A DNA stretch of 64,000 nucleotides from Lama guanicoe (Eukaryota): assembly GCA_013239625.1 (NCBI GenBank), contig MU053881.1, forward strand, positions 14,064,373 to 14,128,372. The letters are read 5' to 3'. Below, one piece after another: positions 49,346-61,839 of this stretch; within the stretch, counting starts at the first letter, position 1, and each line of letters begins with the position of its first letter. A program made the position numbers and the translations under genes. Below the pieces are notes generated by a model. The model saw only the letters and a program-made list of their open reading frames with translations. It did no database searches and was not told the origin of the DNA.

Positions 49346-50452
49346 ACAAAAAATTGAAGGCAATCGCAGATGTCTGAGGTTATAGGAATAAACATAAATG
49401 GCTCACAGTGAGGTAGGGAAACCAAACACCAAGCTGTCCAGGCCATGCTTTAGGAGACTGAGGTTAACTCTACCACTGATTATCTTTGTGACCTTAAGCA
49501 AGTCCCCTAACCTCTCTTCATTTTATTTGTTACTCCAGAGAAAAAGGGCAAATCAGACTGATCCGCAAAATACGGGAAAATTCAGAATTACCCCTAGTCA
49601 TGCCCTCCAAGGCACAATTTCACCAAAAATGAAAATTTAGTGGAAGCATATTTACTTCTGCAGGTTTTCCAGTTCACCTAGGCAATTTCAGTGCCAGTGC
49701 ATGCAAACATCACGGCGTTTCTAAGAAAACAAGGAACTAAAGAGTTAGAAATAAAGACTTGATGTTCGAAGTAAAGATTTGCGTGACATAACACTGAAAA
49801 ATAAGGAATATTGAAAGCACGTGAAATGTGATCTTAGAACTGTATCCCGGGTCTTCAGGGGGAGCCTTTGCTGAGAGGTGTGAGAGCATTTTGTTACAAA
49901 TACTTTGACCAGAAATCTTCCTGAGCAGCGTTAAGGGTGTGTAATACTGTGTCATGGGAAGGAAGTTTCAGAAACACTTCCCCAATAGTTTGCCCATCTC
50001 AAAAATCCAGCCGTCTGAGATCTGAGGAGCCAGAAATCAAAAGCCCTGAGTCATGAATCAGAACAAGTTTGTTTTTCTGCTTCGTAACAGATGTTCATGA
50101 CAAATTAAATTAATTTCAAGTTTCTTGTGTTAGGAGAGGTAAGCATTAAGAAGTTCTAGGCGGCAGATTCTGAGTGAAATTGTATCATATCTATTGTTAC
50201 TTAGGGAAAAAAGTCATTGTTACTGGCTTTGTTTAGTACGCTACCTTGATTGCTTTGTTCAAAATATGGTTTATTATGCTCTCAAAACTCAATCACAAGG
50301 AAAGGGGACTCATACTTGGAGTTCTGAAGTTCCTTAACCACAGAGTCTCCCAAATGGGCATATTGAGAAACTTAACCCCGACAGCTGGGGAGACCCACTA
50401 TCATACAGACCCAGCCTACCTCAAAGGATTGTTTGGAAGGAAAAATGGAATA

Positions 50453-51172
50453 CAGTCGTGCCTTGTTGTATTGCACTTCTTAGACACTACAGTTTTGTTT
50501 TGTTACAAATGGAAGGTTTGTGGCAACCCTGATTCAAGCAAGTCTGTTGGTGCAATTTTTCCAACGGCATTTGCTCACTTTGTGTCACTCTATGTCACAT
50601 TTTGGTAATTCTCCCAATGTTTCCAACGTTTTCATTATTTCTGTATTTGTTATGGCAATCTGTGAGCGGTGATCTTTGATGTTACTATTGTATTTGTTTG
50701 GGGGCTCCGTGAAGCACACCCAGGTAAGACATTGAACTTGACTGTTGAAGTAACAGCAAAAGATTTAGAACATTACGTAGACTGAGGTGATAAAGCCATG
50801 GCAGGGTTTGAGAGGACTGACTCCAGTTTTGTAAGACGTTCTACTGTGGGTAAATTGCTGTCAAGCAGCATTGTGTGCTACAGAGAAATTGTTCGTGAAA
50901 GGAAGAGTCACAATCAGTGCAGCAAACTTCAGTGTTTTGTTTTGTTTTTTAATGAAATTGCCACAGCCACCCCAGCCTTCAGCAGCCACCACTCTGATCA
51001 GTCAGCAGCCATAGACACAAGGCTATTACGCACTTAATAGACTACAGTATAGTGTTTGCATAACTTGAAATGCCCTGGGAAACCAAAAAATTCATGTGAC
51101 TCACTTTATGGCAACATTCACTTGACTGCGGTGGTCTAGAACCAAACCTGCCGTGTCTCCAAGGCACACTTG
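50453..51172 (+). mobile_element. Internally deleted Tigger1 DNA transposon
   Basis: TA-flanked. Degraded TIRs 'cagtcgtgccttg' and 'caaggcacacttg'. ORF 50798 'AGFERTDSSFVRRSTVGKLLSSSIVCYREIVRERKS' matches the Tigger1 transposase C-terminus. Confidence 0.92.
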
Positions 51173-51479
51173 TAATAAGGTTGAAGTTCTTTGAAATTTT
51201 GAAAAATAATATTAGAAATACAAAATTTGTATTCATCAAAGAAATCAAGCATGTCTTAGTGCCTGTCACTGCACTGGGATAGGAGCTGTAAAGTGCTGGC
51301 TGTTCCCTGGAGGCCCTGGGGGAACGTGCTGAGTGACCTCCCCGGGCGCTGGGACAGAGTGCTGCCCACTTCCATGAGACACGGGAGTAGAGTGGTGACC
51401 ACACAGACAAGTACGTAGGCTCAGCGTACAGAACTAGGAGCCAAAATGGGATAAGGACAGAGTGCTGCGAGGCACACAA

Positions 51480-52520
51480 CCAGCCCCTCAATCATACTTC
51501 AGGACAAAGGAAGGCTTCTGGGGGAGGTAGCGTCAAAGTCCTAAAAGAATGAATGGAAGTTAGCTAGGCTCTAGGGGGATGGGAGCTGGTGGCGTTGGCT
51601 GTGACAGAGAGAGACAGATTAAAAGGAAATAAAAGAATGTCCAGTGAGTAGAATAGAGCATGAACGAGAAATTCACCAAAAAAATGAGGCTGGAAAGAGA
51701 GGCAGTCTCTAGCTCATAGAGCAGAGGAATTGTAAATTATGTTCAAGTTTTGTTCCTTATCCTCTCTGAGGGAAAGTGAAGGCCAGAATGCATTTTGAGC
51801 AAGGTTGTGACATAAATGGATTAACAGTTTGTTGACATCTTTCCGATTTCACTGCGGAAAAACAGATTGGAGGGGAGTGAAATTGGGAGCAGGGGGGACA
51901 AACTGTGAAACTGTTCCAGTCACCAAGGCAAGAGATGAGACTGGCCTGGATTGGTGTGGGGGCCCTGGGCCCAGAAAGGAGTAGACGGAACTGACGGAGG
52001 AGTATAGGGTTCAGTCAACAGGACTTGGTAATTGATTGGATACGTGGGATGAGAGAAGAATCAAAAGCCTGGGCTACTGAGTGGGTAGCATTTCCCCTCC
52101 AAAAGATGGGAAATAAGATGTAAGGGCAAAGTTTCTTCTGGATAGCACAGGGGACTATGCTCAATATCTTGTAGTAACCTGTAATGAAAAAAATATGAAA
52201 ACAAATATATATATGCATGTATATGCAAGAGTTGGACATTGTGCTGTATACCAGAAATTGATGCACTGTAATTGACTGTACTTCAATAAGAAGGGAGGGA
52301 GGGAAGGAAGGAAGGAAGGAAGGAAGGAAGGAAGGAAGAAAGAAAGGCAGTCGCAGATGTAGGGGTAAAGATAAAGTGTTCATTTGGAGACAAACTGAGA
52401 TTGATGTTCTTAAGAGATGACCCCATGGTGATGTCTGATAGACAGTTGGATCTTTCTTGAAGTTTCTCCCTCCTCTGGGAATAGGCGTTTGGATCATATG
52501 GAGGCCTTTTGAGACCCTTG
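51480..52520 (-). mobile_element. L2 LINE fragment, interrupted by an L1 3' end
   Basis: 'ggaaggcttctgggggaggtagcg', 'ttttgagcaaggttgtgacata', 'agtcaacaggacttggtaattgattggat', 'gatgtctgatagacagttgga'. Confidence 0.85.
52132..52354 (+). mobile_element. Camelid-type L1 3' end with (GGAA)n tail and TSD
   Basis: 'atagcacaggggactatgctcaatatcttgtagtaacc...gactgtacttcaataa'. TSD AGATGTAAGGGCAAAG (52116-52131) vs AGATGTAGGGGTAAAG (52355-52370). Confidence 0.9.
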
Positions 52521-52849
52521 TTATGAATAATCTAATAAAAATGAGAGAGTTTAGTTATTTCTTTGGAAATACGAGACTGTTCAACCCAACGTAGGTATGA
52601 GAGAGTAACTGAACCAAAACAGATGAATGGAAAAAGCTCCCTTTCTGAAAGGAGAAAAGATAAGCCTCTTAGCAATTATGCACTATGAAATTATTTAACT
52701 GTATGAGTGGGCTGGGATCTGTGGAGGAAATAATTGTCCTCTGGCAGGATCCCTCCTTAGGGTCACTCATCCCCTTGACTTCAGAAAAGTCAGAGTGAAG
52801 GAAAGCTGAAGTGGAACTGTTAGAGACATACACGGGCCCTAGCCATTGC

Positions 52850-52985
52850 CTGTCCACCTGCCTCATTTTATAGAGGAAGAAACTAAGGCCCAGAGACAGA
52901 CTCACTGACCTCCCCATGGTCACACAGCTGGGTAATGGGATTGTCAGCCTTGTCTTGGCTTCCTCTGCCCTTTGAAATCCAGATG
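52850..52985 (-). mobile_element. MIR SINE fragment
   Basis: 'cctcattttatagaggaagaaactaaggcccagaga...ggtcacacagctgggtaatgg'. Confidence 0.8.
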
Positions 52986-53359
52986 AGATCAACATGAACC
53001 CCCATCCCATATCCTATGGAAAAACCCTGGGTCTCCACTTACCCTGGCTTCCAGGAATTCCTGCAGGATGCATGTTTCTCCCAGTCATCTCTGGTTCTTA
53101 TTTCCAGCATTTGGTAAGTTTCTCACTCTCCACTCTTTCTTGTGGCTCTTCTTTTACCCACAATGCTCTTGGCATTGACCCACATATGGGGACAACTCCT
53201 TGATTTCTAGACCTCTACCCACAGTCACATGATACCAATCAGACAAGGCCACTCTGTGCTTAAAAGTTTTACTAACAATTTTAAAGTAACATGGAAGGAT
53301 ATCATATCATATTACAATATCATACATATTTTTAAGTAAATATTTGACTTTTTTTCAAG

Positions 53360-53881
53360 TCCCATATATACAATGGAATATTATTCAGCCATAAAAAAGA
53401 AGGGAATCTTACCATTTGTGACAACATGGATAGATCTTAAGGATGAATTATGCTAAGTGAGTAAGTCAGACAGAGACAGTTACTGTGTGCTCTCATTTAT
53501 ATGTGGAATCTGAAAAAAAAACAAGCTCATTGATACAGAGAACAGATGAGTAGTTCCTAGACGTGGGGGTGGAACATGGGTGAGGTGGAGAAAGGGAGTC
53601 AAAGGGCAGAAACTTTCAGTGATAAAATAAATAAGTCACAGGGATCTAAGGTACAGTGTGATGACTGTAGTTAATAATCCTGTAGTGCATATTTGAAAGC
53701 TATTGGGAGAGTAGATATTAAAACTTCTCATCACAAGAGAAAAATTTGTAACTATATACAGTGACAGGTGTTAACTAGACTCATTGTGATCATTTTGCAA
53801 TATATGCAAATATCTAATATTAGATTATACACCTGAACCTAATTTAATGCTATATGTCAATTATACCTCAATTTAAAAAAA
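53360..53881 (+). mobile_element. L1MA-type (L1MA9-like) 3' end
   Basis: 'caatggaatattattcagccataaaaaagaa...tacacctgaacctaatttaatgctatatgtcaattatacctcaatttaaaaaa'. Confidence 0.9.
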
Positions 53882-54714
53882 GCCCCTCTGCCCTCTTCGG
53901 ACAACACAAGCACCAACCAGCCTGCTGCCATCTTAATCTCCATCTCTTGTGCTCCTGCCAGCTAATTTTCCCTCCTCTCCTTCCCTCTTCTCCTCTTAAT
54001 GGCTGTCCCCTTGCCTTTCATCCCAAGTGCTGATCTGAGTATATTTCCTCCCTCGGAAAGCACTGGAGGCAGCTATCCAAATATCGGTTTTTCTCACCCC
54101 ACTTCACAGATCTGGTCCTGCACTCTGCACGAAGCCATGCATCTAGTCCATTTGACCTTGAAGCAAGCTCCTCCCAAATTTTCCAGGTCCTGCTCCCTGC
54201 CCGTCCCCACCTCCCTCTTTCCTGGGCATGTTTGTCAGCCTGTAACTCCCATCACCACGTATATGTTTTAAGTGAAGTGACTTGAGCCCATCAGTGGGCG
54301 CTAGTGTCTTTTAACTACTTTCAGCCCTGCAGACTTTGAACAACTTTCTTCACCCTTCTGCTCAGCACTGATTTATTCAGCTTCTGCGAGCAATTCATTC
54401 ACTTTAATTAGACCCAACTTAATTATTTCGTCGGTAAAACAAACCAAAAGAATCTATAAAACAACTCTTAAGTGAAATCACATTTCTGCCTGAAGGGATA
54501 TAAAAAATGAAATTATGCATCTCATTTTACCTGCCTCTTACAAAGACAAGATTGCCCACATTGTCTTTTTATTTCCCAAGAACTTTGTCTTTCATTAAGG
54601 AAGATGCTTAGGAAATCAGGCTTGGAATAGAGGTGGCGAAAATGGGAAAAGGCCTTTTTCAACGGAGAGCAGATATGTGAGGGCATAAGGCAGGGTCTCT
54701 CTAGGTTTGTTTTT

Positions 54715-54870
54715 GGCAACCCTGCCCTACAATGATCTGGGAGCTGGTGAAGAGTGCAGATTTCACCCCAGCCCCAGAGTTTCTGACTCAGGAGGTCTGA
54801 GAGGTGGGGACAAGAGATGGGGCTTCTCACTTGCCTATTCCTAAACCTGCTGGACTCGGGCCTGCTCCGG
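54715..54870. mobile_element. MER5A-like hAT-Charlie fragment
   Basis: 'ctgggagctggtgaagagtgcagattt...ccccagagtttctgactcaggaggtctg'. Confidence 0.7.
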
Positions 54871-55649
54871 GATGCCCGAGCCCTCACGTGCACTGATTGG
54901 CCACTTCTGCTTCTCCAGGAAGCTCGCCTTGGTTCCACCTGGTCACCCAGGTTTTCCTTCCAGCCCTGACAGTTTCAGCTGCTCACTGTCTGCGTTTATT
55001 CAATTCCCTATTGATAGCCTATCCAGTGACCTTTCCTGTGTCTGTATCTCATCTCTCCAATTATTTTGTTAGGTCAGGAACTGTGCATTATGGCTCATTC
55101 TCCCGGCACTTAGCTGGATACCCTGCGTGCAGTCCTGGGCTCCCTCGGCTACACCAGTATTTAAGCCTTTCAGAGCCCAAAGAGCCCTCTGGTCATCAAA
55201 GAATTTCATCACCTCCACCTGAAATGTGCTATAATTTTAGTATTCATGGATTGAGAAAATGCATAGTAGTAGCAAAATCCTATCATGAAATCAGTCATGC
55301 CTTTAAACAAATGTACAGTATCTCTATTTTAATAGTATCCGCCCCACTTTAAAATCGGGGCTCACATATGTACGCAGTGTATGGTGTGTTCCATCCACAG
55401 ACTATGCCAAGAGCACATGTGAATGCTCTGACCTCTTGCTTGTGGTCAGCAGCCTACCTCAGGGCAATGTTTAAGGGCCAGGATTTAGGGGCTACTCTCG
55501 GTCTCAAATTTGAAGTCGGACATCATAGTAGAAGGGGTGCCAGAGTGTTTGGAAAATGTAAAGTTCCTTTCTTCATCTCATGGCAGTAATGACAGGTCTG
55601 ACCGTATCCTGTCACACTGCCTCATTACCGCAGTAGCCCTCCCTGGATT

Positions 55650-56012
55650 CAGCCTTTACCCAACTCTCTGAAGAAATATATTTTAATCTGGGACCCGGTA
55701 GAGAAACCTGTTGCTCACTAAGGAGTCCTTCCCACCTGGCCCAGCCTCTGTTGCAATCAGGATAAGGCCATGTGCCTGGTTCTGGCCATTTGACTGAGCA
55801 AAGTAAGGTAATGCACTTCCGGGTCCTTTTGTTGGCTATGTTTAAAGCCACATGTTGAGATCATGATGTAGAGGGAGCCTGGATCCCTGCGTCACTGGTT
55901 GGCGTAGAGTTAACTTGGACCTGCAAACTCTTTCTAGGTTGTGCTAAGCCATTCAGATTTGGGGCCTTATTTGTTTCACAGCCTTGCCTAGCTTTAGCCT
56001 GACTAATATACA
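55650..56012 (+). mobile_element. MaLR solo LTR (MLT1I/J-like)
   Basis: 'ggccatgtgcctggttctggcca', 'ggagcctggatccctg', 'taagccattcagatttgggg...ctgactaatataca'. Confidence 0.8.
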
Positions 56013-56019
56013 AAGAGTG

Positions 56020-56700
56020 AAAAAAAGAGCTTTTAGGGAAAGGAACTACTACATGCCTAGACTCTGTGCCAAAAAAAGAGGGAAAGAGAGATAAGTTAGA
56101 GTGTTGGAGAATGTTGAGCAGGAAGGAAAGAGTTAGGCAGAGCTGCATCATGTGAAGTAACATAGAAGTCTGAATTTTATACAAACACAGTCATAAAGAA
56201 CATTAAGAAGAGAACTGGCATGATCTAGTTTAGAAAAATAACTCTGGCTGCCGTGCGAAGGCTAGATTGGGAAGAGACCACGCAAGGATGCAGGAACCAG
56301 TTAAAAGTCTGTTGCAGTCCCAAGGCGAGAGATGATAATGCCTTTTATTAGAGTGGAAGCAACAGAAGTGTTGGGAGCAGATGGATTTGAAGAATATTTA
56401 GAAGGCAAAAATGGATGGAACAGATAAATAGATTGGCTGCAGCAAATGAAGGAGGAATCAAAGGTAATGACCAGGTCACTTGGGTAAATGGAGATGCTAT
56501 TCATAGAAAAAGGACAACTGGAGCCAGGTGAATTTTGGAGAGAAGCCAAGAGTTCTAGAAGTTTAGAGTTGAGATACCCAGCAAGAAAGTGGAGATGGCA
56601 AGTAGGCAGTGGGGTACCCTTGTCAAATTCTCATGAGGGAGATTTGAGCTCCAGATACACTGAATGGGAGATCAGCATGCTGGGTAATTGGTGATGCCCT
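56020..56700 (-). mobile_element. L2 LINE fragment
   Basis: 'tttagaaaaataactctggctgccgtg', 'gttgcagtcccaaggcgagagatgat', 'aaggaggaatcaaaggtaatgaccagg'. Confidence 0.85.
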
Positions 56701-57830
56701 GAACGCTAATGAACTTGAGGGGTTATGGAGTTTAACATAACAGACTACAGACATTATCTTCTCGTCTGTTTAAAAAAAAAAGTTATTCTTGAAACTCTAT
56801 TGGAATTGCAGGCTTTTATGGACTGAGCTGCTAAGAGAAACATAGTCAGGGGTAAAAATCATTAACCAAAATGCTAGTGATGGACACTGAGCATGATTTA
56901 CTGATAATACGTAAGTTCTGTAAAGACCCTTTGACCAGTTCTTTCCCACGAAGGTCCATTCTATAGAGTTTCATCTGTCATGTATTTTCTTTATCTCCTA
57001 CAGCATTGCATCCTGTGGTTTGTTTTATTTAAGGTGTTTGCTATTTCCTTCTCACTCTCCCTTCCTCTTTCACACTAGTCCCCGCTTTCACCAGCCTCTA
57101 AAGGCAGCCATTCCCACCCCTGCGCGCCCCTGTACACGGGCCTGCAGCCTCATTTCTTAGTCAGCATTTCTTCCTCTCTAGAGGAGTGCAGCATCTGGCA
57201 TCCTAATTATAGGACCTGTTTTGTAGTCCATGAATGAGGCACAACCTTTGGGAAGGACAGAGCGCTGTCTGGTGCTTACAGAAACTGACTGCAGGCAGCA
57301 GCTGTATGTGGACTCCCATAGCTGTGTTCAAGGCGAATGAAGGCTCTGAAGTTCAGCCGTCCCCAAGGCTTCGCGCCCAGCTGAGCTCTGCTGTAGGATA
57401 AGGTCTCCCGCTCTACCCCTCCTTTCCCACGAAGCCTGGCTGGACTTCCCTGGGCAGGCCCCAGAACCGAGACCTTAGTGAGCAGCTTTCAAACCAGCAT
57501 TTCTATTTTCTAGCCTGCAACTAAACATATTTCCTTGAATCTAAAATGCTGTCAATTTAATAATGTTGTGAGGGTAAAAAGAAAAAAAATTAAGGAACAT
57601 TGCCATATCAGTAATGTGACCTATCCTAGGTTCAAAACATTAAAATGTGGGGAAGGGAAAAAGTAACTTGGATCCTAGTTAATATAGGTTTTCCTGAAAG
57701 GGAGTAAGAAGAAATGGCAGATTCTAGAGAGATATTATTCTATTTCCTTTACTTTTGTTTCTTCATCTGCAAAATGGGTATGGATAGAAGAGGTGGAAGA
57801 CCACATTAATGGAAACATCATTTTATTTGG

Positions 57831-57954
57831 TTTTTTTTTTCTTTTGGGGGAGTAATTAGGTTTACTTATTTAGTTTTAGAAGAGGTACTGGGGATTGAAC
57901 CCAGGACCTTGTGCATGCTAAGCATGTGCTCTACCACTTGAGCTGTACCCTCCC
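57831..57954 (-). mobile_element. tRNA-Ala-derived camelid SINE (Vic-1 type)
   Basis: Minus strand GGGAGGGTACAGCTCAAGTGGTAGAGCACATGCTTAGCATGCACAAGGTCCTGGGTTCAATCCCCAGTACCTC (A box, AGC anticodon, B box), then 'AAACCTAATTACTCCCCC' and an A tail. Degenerate TSD at 57799-57812 / 57960-57973. Confidence 0.92.
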
Positions 57955-58413
57955 TCCTTGACCACATAAACGGGATGACCATCTCCTCAAGCAAATCCAA
58001 CCAAAATAAATGAGAAAAGCAACATGAATAAGAAGTTGATGATAAGATTGTCTTATTACAAATCCTTTCTCGGTTTGTAAAATGCCTGGGAATGGATAGG
58101 AATCTGGACATTGGACTTTTCATTTAATTCGGGGTTGATGAAAAACCTTTTGTTGCCTTTGCCATTTCGGTACTTCTATGGGAAACAAACAAAAATCTTA
58201 CAGGATGTGTTACCTGTCTTCCCTGCATTCGTTGGTAAGCCTCAAATAACGAAAATGACTTGACACTTTCTGGATGGTTGATGATATTTCTGAACCTAGT
58301 TCCCAGGCAGCAAATAAAAATATAGATGGTCCAGGACAATGTTATAGTAATGGGCTCAGAATTTTTATTTTAGCAAAAGTAGCTCCTGTTAGTGCCTTTA
58401 AAAAAAAATTAGT

Positions 58414-59526
58414 TGGGGCCTAATGAAACTTACAAGCTTCTGCACAGCAAAGGAAACCATAAGTAAAACAAAAAGACAACCTACAGTATGGGAGAAAATT
58501 TTTGTAAATGAAACCGACAAAGGCTTGATCTCCAGAATATATAAGCAGCTCGTACGACTCAATAAGAAAAAAATAAACAACCCAATCCAAAAATGGACAG
58601 AAGACCTAAACAAGCAATTCTCCAAGGAAGAAATACAAATGATCAAAAGGCACATGAAAAAATGCTCAATATCACTAATTATCTGAGAAATGCAAATCAA
58701 AACTACAATGAGGTTATCACCTCACACCAGTCAGAATGGCCGTCATTCAAAAATCCACAAATGACAAATGCTGGAGAGGCTGTGGAGAAAGGGGAACCCT
58801 CCTACACTGCTGGTGGGAATGCAGTTTGGTGCAGCCACTATGGAAAACAGTGTGGAGATTCCTCAAAAGACTAGGAATAGACTTACCATATGACCCAGGA
58901 ATCCCACTCCTGGGCTTGTATCCAGAAGGAAATCTACTCCAGGATGACACCTGCACCCCAATGTTCATAGCAGCACTATTTACAATAGCCAAAACATGGA
59001 AACAGCCTAAATGTCCATCAACAGGTGACTGGATAAAGAAGATGTGGTATATTTATACAATGGAATACTATTCAGCCATAAAAATGACAACATAACACCA
59101 TTTGTAGCAACATGGATGTCCCTGGAGAATATCATTCTAAGTGAGGTATGCCAAAAAGAGAAAGAAAAATACCATATGATATTGCTCATATGTGGAATCT
59201 AAAAAACAAAAACAAACAAACAAACAAGAAAAAAAAACAAAGCGTAAATACAGGACAGAAATAGACTCATAGACATAGAATACAGACTTGTGGTTGCCGG
59301 GGGGCGCAGGGTGGGAAGGGATAGACTGGGATTTCAAAATTGTAGAATAGATAAACAAGATTATACTGTATAGCACAGGGAATCACAGAGGAAAAAATGC
59401 GATAATGAGTGTGTATATGTCCATGTATGACTGAAAAATTGTGCTGAACACTAGAATTTGACACAACATTGTTAAATGATTATAAATCAATAAAAATGTT
59501 TAAAAAAAAGAAAACAACAAAAAAAA
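58414..59526 (+). mobile_element. Young 5'-truncated camelid L1 (ORF2 C-terminus plus 3' UTR)
   Basis: ORFs '[26 protein letters not shown]' and '[19 protein letters not shown]' (CCHC knuckle). Disabled by TGA at 58684-58686 and a frameshift. Inserted at TTT/AAAA, with an A-rich tail. Confidence 0.96.
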
Positions 59527-60072
59527 TAGTAAGTTTGTCAAACCCCTCATTTCATATATCACTCACTACTTTAGCAAAAAGCTAAAGTTGATTAAGCTTT
59601 TAAAAAGTGAGTTGACTTGAAATAAAATACATTGCACTTAGTAAAACTGATGATATTAAGGTATGGCAGGAATTGGAAAGTGACTCAGAGTGATTGCAGT
59701 TTGGGGAAAACTGATATAACTGATGGATTCAAAGACATGCCAACCCCAGACTTTTTTCTAAGGTAGTTATTGGTTATTAACTCAGTATCTCACTGGAAAT
59801 TGTTTCCGTGAGATTGACACATTTTGACCTGAGGGTGGAGTGCTTTAAAAGCCCCTGTGGTTAATTGAAGGCCAAACTTTCTTCGATTCTAATAAATTCT
59901 AATATCAGGACAGTGCATTATTTATCAAAAATCTGAGTGTAGATTAAATTTAATTTAAACCCCCCATGGTCCTGACCAATTGATACTGTTTTTAGAGAAC
60001 TGCACATAAAGGGAAAATAACCCTCTGGTCACTTTTTCCTGCTTTCTAGCCCTACTTGGGTCTTCCTTACAA

Positions 60073-60501
60073 TTTTTTTTTTAATTAAAGTGTAGTTGAT
60101 TTACAATGTTGTGTTAGTTTCTGGTGTACAGTACAGTGATTCAGTTATATATAAATATACACACACACATATATACACATATATATATTCCTTTTCATAT
60201 TTTTTTCATTATAAGCCATTGCGAGATATTGAATATAGTTCCCTGTGCTATAAAGTCGGGTCATGTTGTTTATCTATTTTATATATAGTTGTGTGTATCT
60301 GCTCATCAAACTCCTAATTTATCCCTCTCTCCCACCGCTTTCCCCTGTGGTAAGTTTGTTTTCTGTGTCTGTGAGTCTATTTCAGTTTTATAAATAAGTT
60401 CACTTGTGTCATTTTTTTTAGATTCTACATAGAAGTGATATCATATATTTGTCTTTCTCTGTCTGACTTACTTCACTTAGTATGATCATCTCTAGGTCCA
60501 C
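60073..60501 (-). mobile_element. Cetartiodactyl L1 3' UTR (older, L1_Art-like)
   Basis: 'gttgatttacaatgttgtgttagtttctggtgtacagtacagtgattcagttatat...tctgacttacttcacttagtatgatcatctctaggtcca'. Confidence 0.9.
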
Positions 60502-60582
60502 CCTTTCCATTTTTACAGTCAACAAGTTTGCTCTAGCCACAGAAAGCTTGCAAATGTGGCTTCTTCCTCGTTGTTCACTTAC

Positions 60583-60584
<2 letters not shown>

Positions 60585-60639
<55 letters not shown>

Positions 60640-60642
60640 CAC
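60585..60642. repeat. Interrupted (CA)n microsatellite
   Basis: Read directly, with one interruption near 60623. Confidence 0.97.
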
Positions 60643-61839
60643 TATTCCACGCAGTCACCTCTCATCCCCTGATCTCAGCTCAAGCCCCACCTCTTCAGGG
60701 ACAAGGTCATATCCCTCCATCCTGCAATGACATTGCACCCTTTCCTCCTTTGTGGCACTTATCCCAGTTGGTGAATATATATTTGTTTTTATCAGTTTAA
60801 AATCTCTCAGCCTCACCAGAGGGCAGGTTCCAGGGGGAGTGGAGTGGATGTCTAGGTTTCACTCACCTGGTACGAAACAAGGGGTCAGTAAGTTTTTTTC
60901 CTTTTGATTCAATGAATAACTGATTAACTGACCCCTAACAATAAATATGGAATTTGCTAAAGATGGGGTTTACCTGAATTCATTAAAATGTAAAAGAAAA
61001 GAACTAGGGTTAATTGACAACGTGAGCTGGCCAGGATGGAGAAAGTGTGGGAATAAGAACAAAATTTCTTAGCAAACTGTAATTAACCCAGTATCTTAGG
61101 CTAATGGTCCACCATATAGGAATGCCCCCCGTGCCCCATCTAGGGGACATTCTGCTCAGTGGAAAAGTAATATTAATGATAGAGAGGAATACTACTTCAA
61201 GCCAGAGGCAATCTGAGTGTTGATTAGCAAAATTAAATAACCCTCAAGTTTATTGTTAGCAGAAGGCGCCATATCAAAAAACAAGAATGAGAGATTTTAT
61301 GGCTACAAGGACTTTGGAGCATTGCTTCAGACATGCCCTCCCTGTCTGAAAGCAGCAGTGAACCACACCTCAGATCATCAAAGGATTGCACAATCCCCCT
61401 TTGTTTCCTGTTCTACCTTTGGAAGGAAGTAATTTATCTGGAGCAAAGGAGAAGCAGTGGGTGAAGGAACTGCCTCCTGGCCCCCAGTCTTGGCTCCTCC
61501 AGCCCATCTCTTTTGCTTCACAGCCAGAATAACACCTGGGACCCACAGCTCCAATCACGTCGCTTCCCTGCCTACAACTATCCAGGACATCTTACTTTCA
61601 GCATCATCAATTGCCTTTATAGGCTGCCAGGCACTGGTCTGTCTCTCCAGCCTCAACTTTCCCTGCTCTTTGTCCCTGACTTTGTGTGCTCTGTAGGACA
61701 CACCTATGAATTTCTGTTTGTAGAACCAGTCCTTCTACCTGGAACACCCTTCCACAACCTCCTACCTAGCTAACTACGCATATACACACATGCACACACA
61801 TGTATACACACACATATACACGCATCTTACTGTCTGAAT

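Noticed and set aside
57866..57954. tRNA-Ala genes here and at 62460-62531
   Set aside because: Both carry a shared non-tRNA 3' body, A tail and TSDs, with mismatched stems. They are SINE copies.
58423..59095. Functional zinc-knuckle protein gene
   Set aside because: It is the C-terminus of L1 ORF2 in a 5'-truncated copy with a premature stop and a frameshift.
60812..60830. CTCF-like TCACCAGAGGGCAG
   Set aside because: It coincides with the standard L2 3' motif 'ctccatgagggcagg' and is better explained as L2 sequence.
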